A stretch of DNA of 64,000 nt from Candidatus Latescibacterota bacterium (GTDB lineage Bacteria; Latescibacterota; CBDEFO01), in assembly GCA_965248755.1 (NCBI GenBank), contig OZ252149.1:4344680-4408679 (forward strand), given 5' to 3'. Both the position numbers and the translations under genes were made by a program. The notes below the pieces were generated by a model. It searched no databases and had not been told where the DNA came from. It worked only from the letters and a program-made list of their open reading frames with translations. The number at the start of each line of letters is the position of its first letter. Position 1 is the stretch's first letter. Positions 27,566-36,640 of the stretch are shown here, piece after piece.

Positions 27566-28921
27566 ATGAGCTTCCGCGACTGGGCCAAAAATGCTTTCTT
27601 GCTGATAGCAGTTTTGTCGATCGCTATTCCTCACCTCTCCTACAGCCGGACGATCACCGTATCCCCCATCGGGGTAGCCGATTATCCGACCATCGGTCAG
27701 GCTATCGCGACAGCTTTGTCGGGGGATACCATTCGGGTCAGCCCCGCGACGTATCGGGAGTCGGTGGGGTTGAAGTCGGGTGTGGTGGTGTTGGGAAATG
27801 GCTACGAGAATACCCGCATTGAGATAGACATTCTGGCCAATCCTGTGTACGCTGTGAACGTCTCGCATGCCAAGATCTCAGGCTTTACCCTCGCCTACAC
27901 GGGCACCGAGATACCAGCTACGGTCTATGTCCAGTCCTCCCGGGTGACGATCTCCAATTGCCGGATTCTCAACACTACAGTTTCGGGGGTCTACGCTATA
28001 GAGGAATCCGAAGTGACTGTAGAAGGCTGTATTGTGGAACAGAACGAAGGCCACGGCGTTGTCACATCTGGCGGTTCGAAGGGGAGTATTCGGGACAGTC
28101 AGATCCAGGACAACCAGGTAGATGGGCTTTTTTTCGGCGGAGCGTCGTTTGGAGAGGTAACGGGGAACACTGTGACCGGGAATGGAGCCAACGGGGTTGA
28201 GGTGATTGGAGCGGGACCAGTGACGATGTCCGGCAACGTGACCTCGGGCAACACCTATGCTGGTATCCGAGCAGCAGACACCTCGCAAGTGGACGTTCGG
28301 GGGAACACGACAGTGGAGAATGGGACGTATGGGATATTGGTTCAGTCAGGGAGCGTGGCCTCCATCGTGGACAATATTGTGGTCTGGAATTCGATTGGTG
28401 GTATCTACACGAAGGGCGGAGAGGCAGGGGATGGGATCATCTCGGAGATCGGTTACAACGATGTCTGGGACAACGGCGTCACGGTTCAAATGACCGGCAA
28501 CTTATCCAACTACCAGGGTTTTCAGGCGCCGGCAGAGGACATGTCCGTCAACCCTTTCTTTTTAGACGATGCGGCAGGGGACTATCGCCTGCGGTCCAAT
28601 TCGACCCTGATCGGTGCGGGAAGGGACGGAGGGACCGTCGGCGCACTGGGCATTGTGTCCCCTGAAGAGGAAAGTGCCGTCCCTTCACCGGTCTTCATCC
28701 GGGCGTTTCCTGACACTGCCTACTGGACGCTGCTGCAGGGACAGGCCTGGCTGAGCGTGGATATCTACATCATGGTGGGGAACCTCGTCAGCTTTATACC
28801 GGACGAAGTGGAAGTGAGGTTCTTCGGGGAGGACGGGGGTATCGTCGTGTCAGAACGCATCCCGGCCTCGGACTTCAGAGCGACATCTGCTGTAATCGAG
28901 ACGGATGTGACGAACCTTTAG
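27566..28921 (+). CDS. Secreted right-handed parallel beta-helix (PbH1) repeat protein; likely the N-terminal part of one gene continuing to 31588
   Basis: AGGAGGA SD plus ATG at 27566. Signal peptide MSFRDWAKNAFLLIAVLSIAIPHLSYS. Repeated G.V...N.I..N beta-helix turns. Ends at a TAG in frame with the next ORF. Confidence 0.7.
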   Translation: MSFRDWAKNAFLLIAVLSIAIPHLSYSRTITVSPIGVADYPTIGQAIATALSGDTIRVSPATYRESVGLKSGVVVLGNGYENTRIEIDILANPVYAVNVSHAKISGFTLAYTGTEIPATVYVQSSRVTISNCRILNTTVSGVYAIEESEVTVEGCIVEQNEGHGVVTSGGSKGSIRDSQIQDNQVDGLFFGGASFGEVTGNTVTGNGANGVEVIGAGPVTMSGNVTSGNTYAGIRAADTSQVDVRGNTTVENGTYGILVQSGSVASIVDNIVVWNSIGGIYTKGGEAGDGIISEIGYNDVWDNGVTVQMTGNLSNYQGFQAPAEDMSVNPFFLDDAAGDYRLRSNSTLIGAGRDGGTVGALGIVSPEEESAVPSPVFIRAFPDTAYWTLLQGQAWLSVDIYIMVGNLVSFIPDEVEVRFFGEDGGIVVSERIPASDFRATSAVIETDVTNL

Positions 28922-31588
28922 ATGGTGTGGGATGCGACGCTGACAGAGCTGAAATCCGCAACGCCACTGGAGGTTCCCCCAGGAGGACGGGACGTTTTTC
29001 TTCCCAAAGAGCACCCCTTTCCCCAGGCCGATCTCCCCGTGAGAGCTGAGTACGTAGTCCGGGGGCAGGAGGGGGGCAGAACCGTAGAACTGGTGCGCGA
29101 AGTCGTCCCTGAAATCTACCGTCAGCGCACTGACCTTCGCTTCCCCATGCGCGGGGGTGGATGGCAGGTCATCGCTGGTCCCCCTCAGGACAATCACCGG
29201 CACCGTGCGACAACTTTCCGGGGCAGAACCCTGGCGATGCCCGGCCGCTACGCGATGGACATCTGGAGGAGCTACCGGGGGCTTTATCGGACCGATGGAC
29301 TCACCAAGGAGGACTACTGGGGGTACGGGGCTCCCATGTATGCACCGGGGGTCGGCCGTGTCGTCTTTGTGAGGAAGGACGCAGATGAGCCGGCCTTCGG
29401 AGAGGAGATTCCCGGGGGTGAGTCCAACACCGTCGTGATCGACCACCAGAACGGCGAGTACAGCTTTATGCTCCATCTTAAGAAGGGCTCGGTAGCGGTA
29501 GAGGTCGGACAGTGGGTGGAACAAGGCGATCTCATAGGGGCGCTGGGCAATTCGTTCGACAGGTGGAACGTCCCCCACCTCCACTTTGAGGTCAGGGACA
29601 GCTACATTTGGCCGGGTGAGGGCCTTCCGGTGGCCTTCACCGGAGGAAGGATCCTGGGCACGGAGATTCAGGATGGCATGCTATTCAGTGGGGCTTTCTT
29701 TGAGGAGGAATCCCTCGGGCCGGTTCTCCACGTGGCGGCAGACGGGAGTGCGGACTACAGGACCATTAGTGACGCGATGGACGTGGCTGTCATGGGTGAT
29801 ACAGTGCGGGTAGCTCCGGGCACATATCGGGAGACTGTATGGTTGAAGTCCGGGGTGGTGGTGCTGGGAAGTGGCTACGAAGGTACCCGCATAGAGATAG
29901 ACATTCTGGCCAACCCTGTATACGCCGTGAACGTCTCAGATGCCAAGATCTCCGGCTTTACCCTCGCCTACACCGGCACGGAGTCACCGGTCACGGTCTT
30001 TGTCGACTCCTCCCAGGTGACGGTCGCCAACTGCCGGATTACCAACACCACTGTTTCAGGGGTCTACGCCGTGAATGGATCTAAAGTGACCGTCGAAGGG
30101 TGTCTTGTGGAACAGAATAAGGGTTTTGGTATTGCCATATATGGTGGTTCGGAGGGGTATATCTGGGACAATCAGATCCGGGATAATCGGTTGAATGGGG
30201 TTGTCTATGCCGAAGCGTCCTTTGGGCAGCTGATGGGGAACACTATCACCGGGAATAAGGCCAACGGACTGGTGATCGCTGGTGCCGGAGCGGTGACCGT
30301 TACCGGCAACGTGCTTGCGCGAAACAGCTGGGCGGGCATCATAAGTCTTACGGAGTCCGAATTGGAGGTTCGGGGAAACACGATCGTGGAGAACGGGACG
30401 TATGGGATTTTGGTTCTGTCGAGGAGTGTGGCTTCCATCGTAGACAATATCGCGGCCAGCAATCTGATCGGGATTTCCATACAGGGCGGCGAAGAGGGAG
30501 ATGGCGTCGTCTCAGAGATCGGGTACAATGATGTATGGAATAACCGGGGTGGAAACTACTTAGGGTTTACTTCTACCCCTGAGTTGGATCTCTCCGTAGA
30601 CCCACGATTCGTCAATGCGGAGGCCGGCGATTACCACTTATGGCGCGACTCTCCTCTACTTGGAGCCGGACAAGCCGGGGGTACAATCGGAACGTTCGGT
30701 ATTCTGGAGGCCAGACGTCTGCCGGGAGACGTGACGGACAATGGTGTGGTAACAGCCTACGATGCTGTCCATATTCTCCAACACACAGTGGGACTGCTGA
30801 CGTTGACCGGTGAGGATTCTGTAGTTGCAGATGTGAGTGGCGACACCACCATCTCTGCGTACGATGCTTCACTGGTGCTGCAATATGTAGTCGGACAAAT
30901 CTCTCGTCTCCCTGTGAGGGGAGGACAGACAACAAAGGTAGCATATGCCACTCGGACGGTCCGGATGGGTGAGATGAAGGCGTTGTCGAATGGACGGATG
31001 TGTCTGCCCATCTTGATAGACGAGATGGACGCTGTAGTCGCTGGAGAGATGACGCTGTCCATTGAGGAAAATGGAGGAAATGTGACAGTCAGAAGGACGC
31101 ACTTGACTCCTGGCTATCTGCTTGCCAGCAACGTCCAGAACGGTAGTATCAGAGCATCGTTTGCCGGAGCCGAGTTGAGTACCGGCTCAGGGCCGGTGCT
31201 GGAGGTGGTGTCGGACGCAGGACTCCTTAGTACCCTGAGGCTGGAGCGTGTGTCGCTGAACGAAGGGAGGATACCAGTCCGGATCGAGGGAGTCAAATCT
31301 GAGACACCCACAGTGTATCGGCTCAGTCAAAACTATCCAAATCCGTTCAACCCCCATACGGTGATCTATTACGAGCTTCCTGTTCAAAGCCATGTCGATA
31401 TATCTGTCTATAATATGATAGGACAGAAGGTTGCAATACTGTTGGATAAAGGGATAGAAGTAGGTACCTACTCTTTAATCTGGGATGGCAAAGATGACAA
31501 CGGAGAGGACCTTGCCAGCGGAGTCTATCTGTATCGGATAGAAGCGGATGGATTTGTGCAGACAAGGAAGCTGGTCTTGATGCGTTAG
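28922..31588 (+). CDS. M23-like peptidase domain + second beta-helix domain + dockerin-like pair + cohesin-like domain + T9SS CTD (no signal peptide of its own)
   Basis: DHQNGEYSFMLHL...PHLHFEV (M23 HxH; the upstream HxxxD motif is not obvious). The beta-helix is paralogous to 27.7-28.6 kb. GDVTDNGVVTAYDAVHILQHTVG, ADVSGDTTISAYDASLVLQYVVG, NYPNPFNPHTVIYYELP...RKLVLMR. Confidence 0.75.
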   Translation: MVWDATLTELKSATPLEVPPGGRDVFLPKEHPFPQADLPVRAEYVVRGQEGGRTVELVREVVPEIYRQRTDLRFPMRGGGWQVIAGPPQDNHRHRATTFRGRTLAMPGRYAMDIWRSYRGLYRTDGLTKEDYWGYGAPMYAPGVGRVVFVRKDADEPAFGEEIPGGESNTVVIDHQNGEYSFMLHLKKGSVAVEVGQWVEQGDLIGALGNSFDRWNVPHLHFEVRDSYIWPGEGLPVAFTGGRILGTEIQDGMLFSGAFFEEESLGPVLHVAADGSADYRTISDAMDVAVMGDTVRVAPGTYRETVWLKSGVVVLGSGYEGTRIEIDILANPVYAVNVSDAKISGFTLAYTGTESPVTVFVDSSQVTVANCRITNTTVSGVYAVNGSKVTVEGCLVEQNKGFGIAIYGGSEGYIWDNQIRDNRLNGVVYAEASFGQLMGNTITGNKANGLVIAGAGAVTVTGNVLARNSWAGIISLTESELEVRGNTIVENGTYGILVLSRSVASIVDNIAASNLIGISIQGGEEGDGVVSEIGYNDVWNNRGGNYLGFTSTPELDLSVDPRFVNAEAGDYHLWRDSPLLGAGQAGGTIGTFGILEARRLPGDVTDNGVVTAYDAVHILQHTVGLLTLTGEDSVVADVSGDTTISAYDASLVLQYVVGQISRLPVRGGQTTKVAYATRTVRMGEMKALSNGRMCLPILIDEMDAVVAGEMTLSIEENGGNVTVRRTHLTPGYLLASNVQNGSIRASFAGAELSTGSGPVLEVVSDAGLLSTLRLERVSLNEGRIPVRIEGVKSETPTVYRLSQNYPNPFNPHTVIYYELPVQSHVDISVYNMIGQKVAILLDKGIEVGTYSLIWDGKDDNGEDLASGVYLYRIEADGFVQTRKLVLMR

Positions 31589-31621
31589 GCTTATTTCATA
31601 GTAGGAGATGAGGAGTGTAAA

Positions 31622-32482
31622 ATGAGCGGCATAGTCTCTACTTTCAAGAGAGGAGAAAACAAAATTGTAGTTTACAATTTGGATTGTATCGAGGGGATGA
31701 GAAGCAAGATAGAGAACGGTTCTGTAGATGTCGTTGTAACTTCCCCTCCGTATAACCTGGGCATCAGATATGAAAAGTACGATGATGCTGTGCCGAGGGA
31801 GAAATATCTAAGATGGATCGGAATCTGGGCTGGCGTCGTAAAGGAAATTCTCAGTGATAAAGGGTCTTTGTTCCTGAATATCGGATCGAAGCCCACCGAC
31901 CCCTGTGTGCCCTTTGAAGTCCTATCCCAGATGAGAAAGCACTTTTTCCTGCAAAATGTGGTTCACTGGATAAAATCTATCGCTATACAAAAGGAGGACG
32001 TCGGTGACTACCCGGGAATCAGCAGCAATGTGTCTATCGGACACTATAAGCCTCTAAATAGCAATAGATTCATCAACGACTGCCACGAGTACATCTTTCA
32101 CCTGACCAAAAATGGCGATGTAGAATTAGATAGATTATCTATAGGAGTTGAGTACCAGGACAAGTCTAATATCGGGCGGTGGGACTCTGCGAAGGAAGAC
32201 AGAAGGTGCAGAGGCAACACCTGGTTTGTGCCCTATAAGACGATAAGGGATAGAGCAAAGCAGAGGCCTCATCCGGCTACGTTCCCCGTAAGGATCCCTA
32301 AAATGTGTATTATGTTGCATGGGGTTGAGCGGACTCGCATTGTGGTCGATCCTTTTGTCGGGATCGGTAATTCTGCCCTTGCGTGCATAGAACTCGGTGT
32401 TGACTTTGTGGGATTTGAAATCGACCAGGCGTATTATGAAGAAACATGCATGGCGATGGAGAATGTGACAGAGAACGCTTAA
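31622..32482 (+). CDS. DNA methyltransferase, N4/N6 beta-class (motif IV SPPY before motif I)
   Basis: DVVVTSPPYNLG near the N-terminus and VDPFVGIGNSALA near the C-terminus. Confidence 0.85.
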   Translation: MSGIVSTFKRGENKIVVYNLDCIEGMRSKIENGSVDVVVTSPPYNLGIRYEKYDDAVPREKYLRWIGIWAGVVKEILSDKGSLFLNIGSKPTDPCVPFEVLSQMRKHFFLQNVVHWIKSIAIQKEDVGDYPGISSNVSIGHYKPLNSNRFINDCHEYIFHLTKNGDVELDRLSIGVEYQDKSNIGRWDSAKEDRRCRGNTWFVPYKTIRDRAKQRPHPATFPVRIPKMCIMLHGVERTRIVVDPFVGIGNSALACIELGVDFVGFEIDQAYYEETCMAMENVTENA

Positions 32483-32521
32483 TTAAGGCAGTTTTGAACT
32501 CAAGGAAAAAGGAGAGGTGCT

Positions 32522-33163
32522 ATGGATAAGATCAAAACTTTGCTATTTACGGGCGGAGAGACCCACGACTTCAAAGGCTGTGGAGGGGCTATTGAGGAAG
32601 GACTGATAGGAGCTGGGCATTTCGACATCACCAAGGTGGAGGATGATATGTCCGCGCTGGAAGCTCCCAATCTGGATCCGTACGACCTCATAGTCTTCTT
32701 TTACACTGGGGGGGAAATCTCCGATGCGCAGAAGAACGGTCTCTTAAACTTCGTAGCCAGTGGGAAAGGATACGCCGGCGTTCACCCGGCGGCTGACTCT
32801 TTCCGCGAGTGTCCGGAGTATCGGGCTATGCTCGGCGGTCACTTTATCACGCATCCCAAGTTTCGAGGGTATCAGGTGAGCATCGTGGACACGGAGAATC
32901 CCATCACAGAGGGGTTGGACGAGTTCATGGTTGATGATGAGCAGTATATCTTAAGTTATGACTCGAGAGTGAACGTTCTATGCTCCGCACTCTGGGAGGG
33001 TAGGACTATGCCCGTCGCCTGGACCAAGGAGTGGGGGAAAGGCCGCGTATTTTACCTGGCTCTGGGACACAATCCCGATGCGTGCCGACACGAGATGTTC
33101 AAGCTTCTGCTCCAGCGCGGGGCCCTCTGGGCGGGAACTGTACCTTCTAATGACCCAGCGTAG
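32522..33163 (+). CDS. ThuA-like (trehalose-utilisation / class-I amidotransferase-like) domain protein
   Basis: The overall pattern LLFTGGETHDF...GYAGVHPAADSF...GGHF..HP...WTKEWGKGRVFYLALGH resembles the ThuA family. Confidence 0.7.
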   Translation: MDKIKTLLFTGGETHDFKGCGGAIEEGLIGAGHFDITKVEDDMSALEAPNLDPYDLIVFFYTGGEISDAQKNGLLNFVASGKGYAGVHPAADSFRECPEYRAMLGGHFITHPKFRGYQVSIVDTENPITEGLDEFMVDDEQYILSYDSRVNVLCSALWEGRTMPVAWTKEWGKGRVFYLALGHNPDACRHEMFKLLLQRGALWAGTVPSNDPA

Positions 33164-33208
33164 AACTGAATCAAAGGGTGATAAGAAGACACAAGGTGGG
33201 GGACAGCC

Positions 33209-33277
33209 TTGAAATCCAAAGCGATGGTGTTAGAGGAGTTCAACCAGCCTCAGTCCTTGAAAATGGTCGAAAATTGA
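33209..33277 (+). pseudogene. 22-codon remnant resembling the N-terminus of a Zn-dependent alcohol dehydrogenase
   Basis: (M)KSKAMVLEEFNQPQSLKMVEN followed by a stop. Typical MDR N-terminal strand. Confidence 0.3.
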
Positions 33278-33314
33278 GAGACGATTAAGGCTGTCTTTGT
33301 GTGAATAATATCAT

Positions 33315-33767
33315 TTAACAATTATCCTCATCATCTTTCACTACTGTGCCGCTGAATATCTCCTTTACAAGATGTATCTTTTTCAACTCCTTGGGAGTTA
33401 TCTTGAAGCTCACAAGGCGCCTGCATTCGTCCACTGTATAAGTGGGATCTGGCGCCACATCTTTGGTCTGATCCTCCCTTGCCACGATCCATATATGCTG
33501 CTTTAGGACCTTTGAGTAGACTTTTAATATCAGACCCTTTTCCTCGATCTCTGAAAGATTCACATCAGAAGTCTCCACAATCTCAACCTCCGATGTCTCC
33601 TCATTACGCGTATTCAACTTTCTTTCTAATCTTGTAAGGCAGACGCGCGGGCGTCCCTGACAATTTGGGGGAACCACTTCGTGGCTTGTTGCCACCACCT
33701 CACCCACCTCTCCCACTTCATGGCTCCTTGGCACATCTCCCCCTGCATTGCCACATGGCTTTGCCAC
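33315..33767 (-). CDS. Hypothetical protein (low-complexity N-terminal half, conserved-looking C-terminal half)
   Basis: 150-aa ORF. No recognisable motif. Confidence 0.4.
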   Translation of the reverse strand: MAKPCGNAGGDVPRSHEVGEVGEVVATSHEVVPPNCQGRPRVCLTRLERKLNTRNEETSEVEIVETSDVNLSEIEEKGLILKVYSKVLKQHIWIVAREDQTKDVAPDPTYTVDECRRLVSFKITPKELKKIHLVKEIFSGTVVKDDEDNC

Positions 33768-34114
33768 TACTACCTTTTCACACGTGTCCCGTCAACATGA
33801 TTCTCAATTCAGGCTAAGGGATTTATACAAATGTTAATATACAAAAAAGCAGGATCTAAGTCAACAAAGAGTCGAGCTCATGCAGTTGCCAGTATTCAGA
33901 TTGTTTAGCTTCGGTCTTAGGTCATACCAGGTGTTGAAAAGCCCGAAGCAATTTCAAAGGCTTTCCGGTGCTTCTTATGAAAACTGAATTGCCGCTGACA
34001 AAGAGTCAATAGGGTTGAATCGGAAGCTACTTGTTAATAGGGGAAAACCACTTGACTTTCTTGCAAAAAGACCTTTTTATAAAGGAACCGTAATGTTAGT
34101 CCTGATGCAGATCT

Positions 34115-34969
34115 TTGCAATCGGAACTTATCTTGTTGAAGGGGAAAAAAGAGTTGGACAAGCCAATTACAAGCTTTAGAAATCCGTATATCAAATTCAT
34201 ACGCTCTTTAAAGCTGAAGAAATACAGAGATAAAGAGAAAAGATTTTTTATTGAAGGGATCAGGATAGTAGCGGCAGCAGCAAAATTTAACGCCCCTGTG
34301 GAATCTTTGATCTTCTGTCCTGCAAAGCTGGAAAGCCTGAGAGCTATCGCTTTAGTTGAGAGTTTAAGAAAAGAGGGCATAAAGACAGTATCTGTGGAGG
34401 AAGATCTCTTCGGGAAGCTCTCAGAGCGGGAAAACCCACAGGGGATAGGTGCTGTAGTCCGCCAATGGGAAACCCGATTGGATCAGATCGTCGTCAGTGG
34501 ATGTCCTCTCATTGTAGTGATTGATGGCGCTGAAGGGCCTGGGAATTTAGGCACGATAATACGCACGGCTGATGGAGCTGGGGCGTCAGGAGCAATTGCC
34601 TCCGGGCAGATGGTAGACCTCTACAATCCCGCCACTATTCGATCCAGTATGGGCTCTTTTTTCTCCCTTCCGGTCGTAACCTGCAAGGACAGAGCGAAGG
34701 CCTTTAAATGGCTCAAAGACAACAAAATAGCCATCATCGCTACATCTCCGAACGCGGATGTCTGCTACTTCGACACAGACTATACGAAACCGACAGCAAT
34801 ATTGATGGGAAACGAAGCCAAAGGACTCGATAAGGAGGCTCTTGAGGGTGCCGATATAGTCGTTAAAATCCCGATGGCAGGGAGCACTGACTCCCTCAAT
34901 GTCGCCGCTGCCTCCGCTGCAGTCATTTACGAAGCTGTGAGACAGAGGTTGAAAGGGCGACAGGCCTAA
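34115..34969 (+). CDS. TrmH/SpoU-family RNA 2'-O-methyltransferase
   Basis: GPGNLGTIIRTADGAGA, LMGNEAKGL and IPMAGSTDSLNVAAASAAVIYE are SpoU motifs. Confidence 0.85.
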   Translation: MQSELILLKGKKELDKPITSFRNPYIKFIRSLKLKKYRDKEKRFFIEGIRIVAAAAKFNAPVESLIFCPAKLESLRAIALVESLRKEGIKTVSVEEDLFGKLSERENPQGIGAVVRQWETRLDQIVVSGCPLIVVIDGAEGPGNLGTIIRTADGAGASGAIASGQMVDLYNPATIRSSMGSFFSLPVVTCKDRAKAFKWLKDNKIAIIATSPNADVCYFDTDYTKPTAILMGNEAKGLDKEALEGADIVVKIPMAGSTDSLNVAAASAAVIYEAVRQRLKGRQA

Positions 34970-34992
34970 GCATATTAAAGGGACTTCCAAAC

Positions 34993-36015
34993 ATCCAGAG
35001 GATTTTAATCATACAGACGGCTTTTATAGGTGACGTTATTCTGACAACACCTCTTTTGAGAGCTGTCAAAGACAATTTCCCCAAAGCAAGGATTTCCTTC
35101 CTTTTGAATCCTACCACTGCTGAGATTGTAGAGACCAATCCCAATGTGGATGAACTAATCATATATGACAAAAGGGGCCGAGACAGGGGAATCCGGGGGA
35201 TGTTCAGGATTATGCGTGTCCTTAAGAGCAAGAAGTTCGATCTGACTTTTATCCCGCACCGCTCCATAAGGAGCGCTTTCATAGCAAGAAGCGCTAACAT
35301 ACCAAAAAGAATTGGTTTTCACAACAGCGCGGGATCGTTTCTTTACTCTGATGTTGTGGGGCACCGAAGTGGAGTCGGAGTCCATGAAATAGAACGCAAT
35401 CTGGATCTTATCGCTATCTTCAAGGCAAGTATAGGGAGCACCAGACCTGAAATCTTTCCCGATGATAAAGATAAGAAGAGGGTCTCTGCGTTCTTGAAGG
35501 AGAGCCGGAAATCTCCTTCTAAACCGATTATAGCGGTTGCGCCTGGATCTGTGTGGGCAACCAAAAGGTGGCTATGTGATCGCTTTGCCGAGGTGTCGAA
35601 TCGTCTTATCAAAGAAGAGGATGCCCAGATAGTGTTGATCGGCGGTGCAGAGGACGAAAAGCTCTGCCGGCATATAGCCTCAAATATGGACTTTGCTCCT
35701 ATAATAGCCGCAGGCAGGCTGACACTTCGACAATCTGCTGAACTCTTGAAAAGGTGCCGCCTTCTCCTTTCCAACGACAGTGCCCCTGTTCATCTATCCT
35801 CAGCCGTAGGCACTCCAGTAGTCGCTATATTCGGACCTACAGTCAAAGACTTTGGATTCTACCCTTATGGAGAGAGAAATACAGTCGTTGAGATTGAACT
35901 CTACTGCCGCCCCTGCGGATCTCACGGAGGCAACAAGTGCCCGGAAGGTCACTTCAGGTGTATGAGAGAGATAACTGCAGATAAGGTTTTAGGCAGGATA
36001 AGAGACATCAAATAG
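34993..36015 (+). CDS. Glycosyltransferase family 9 (ADP-heptose:LPS heptosyltransferase-like); start codon uncertain or non-canonical
   Basis: The conserved N-terminus RILIIQTAFIGDVILTTPLL lies upstream of the track start (TTG at 35056). No ATG, GTG or TTG in frame between 34891 and 35055. C-terminal SNDSAPVHLSSAVGTPVVAIFGPT. Confidence 0.7.
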   Translation: MQRILIIQTAFIGDVILTTPLLRAVKDNFPKARISFLLNPTTAEIVETNPNVDELIIYDKRGRDRGIRGMFRIMRVLKSKKFDLTFIPHRSIRSAFIARSANIPKRIGFHNSAGSFLYSDVVGHRSGVGVHEIERNLDLIAIFKASIGSTRPEIFPDDKDKKRVSAFLKESRKSPSKPIIAVAPGSVWATKRWLCDRFAEVSNRLIKEEDAQIVLIGGAEDEKLCRHIASNMDFAPIIAAGRLTLRQSAELLKRCRLLLSNDSAPVHLSSAVGTPVVAIFGPTVKDFGFYPYGERNTVVEIELYCRPCGSHGGNKCPEGHFRCMREITADKVLGRIRDIK

Positions 36016-36277
36016 GCCACAAGTTTCCCAGCTACACCGCAGATTCTGAAGGATTTAACTCATCAGTTTTCTCCAGGAAGTTCTCCGCCCGCTTCGCTAC
36101 TTCGTGGTTTGCTAGCTCCCCAGCAAGGTGGCCACGCCACCCAGTGGATGGTTTGGTGCCATTTCGTGCCCCTTGCAATCACCCCCTGTATCCCCCCTTG
36201 GTAAGGGCGGAATGAAAGGGGAGTGGCAGAAACGCACTAAGTACCCACGTCACCTTTTTGCGGCTTTGTCAAAAAGC

Positions 36278-36640
36278 ATGTATCAATCAATCTTGTTATT
36301 CTTCCTGACACTTGCTACAGGATCGATATTAGATGGCAGCACGGCTCAGGTTGTAAGGAGAGAGCATCTCATGGTTGCCGACTTCTCAAATGTCGGAGAA
36401 CCCGGTCAGTTCCCATCTGGATGGGCTTCCAGGGGAGGAGACGGGATAGAGGTGTATCGCCTTGAATCTGAAGATGGTGATCTCTTTTTAAGAGCCGCAT
36501 GCAAAGGGAAGTCCGTAACTATCGGGCTTAAGTACAGAGTCAACCTGAGGATTCATCATATCTTGCAGTGGAGGTGGAGAGTCCACAAAATCCCTTCGTC
36601 CGCCGACGAACGAGAAAGGTGCTCTTTCAGGAGAGGGTAA
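36278..36640 (+). CDS. DUF3047-like secreted protein, apparently 3'-truncated
   Basis: Signal peptide MYQSILLFFLTLATGS. ILQWRWRVHKIPSSADERE resembles the DUF3047 core. Ends prematurely and overlaps the next ORF. Confidence 0.4.
   Translation: MYQSILLFFLTLATGSILDGSTAQVVRREHLMVADFSNVGEPGQFPSGWASRGGDGIEVYRLESEDGDLFLRAACKGKSVTIGLKYRVNLRIHHILQWRWRVHKIPSSADERERCSFRRG

Noticed and set aside
20037-28921. The two in-frame TAG codons (20037-20039 and 28919-28921) as evidence of TAG reassignment or pyrrolysine
   Set aside because: TAG is used as the terminal stop of clearly complete housekeeping genes here (accC, cmk, the 4363-6216 gene and the first ORF). No pyl genes are seen.
31622-33163. Methyltransferase plus the downstream gene as a type II restriction-modification pair
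   Set aside because: The downstream protein has ThuA-like features and no nuclease motifs (no PD-(D/E)xK, HNH or GIY-YIG).
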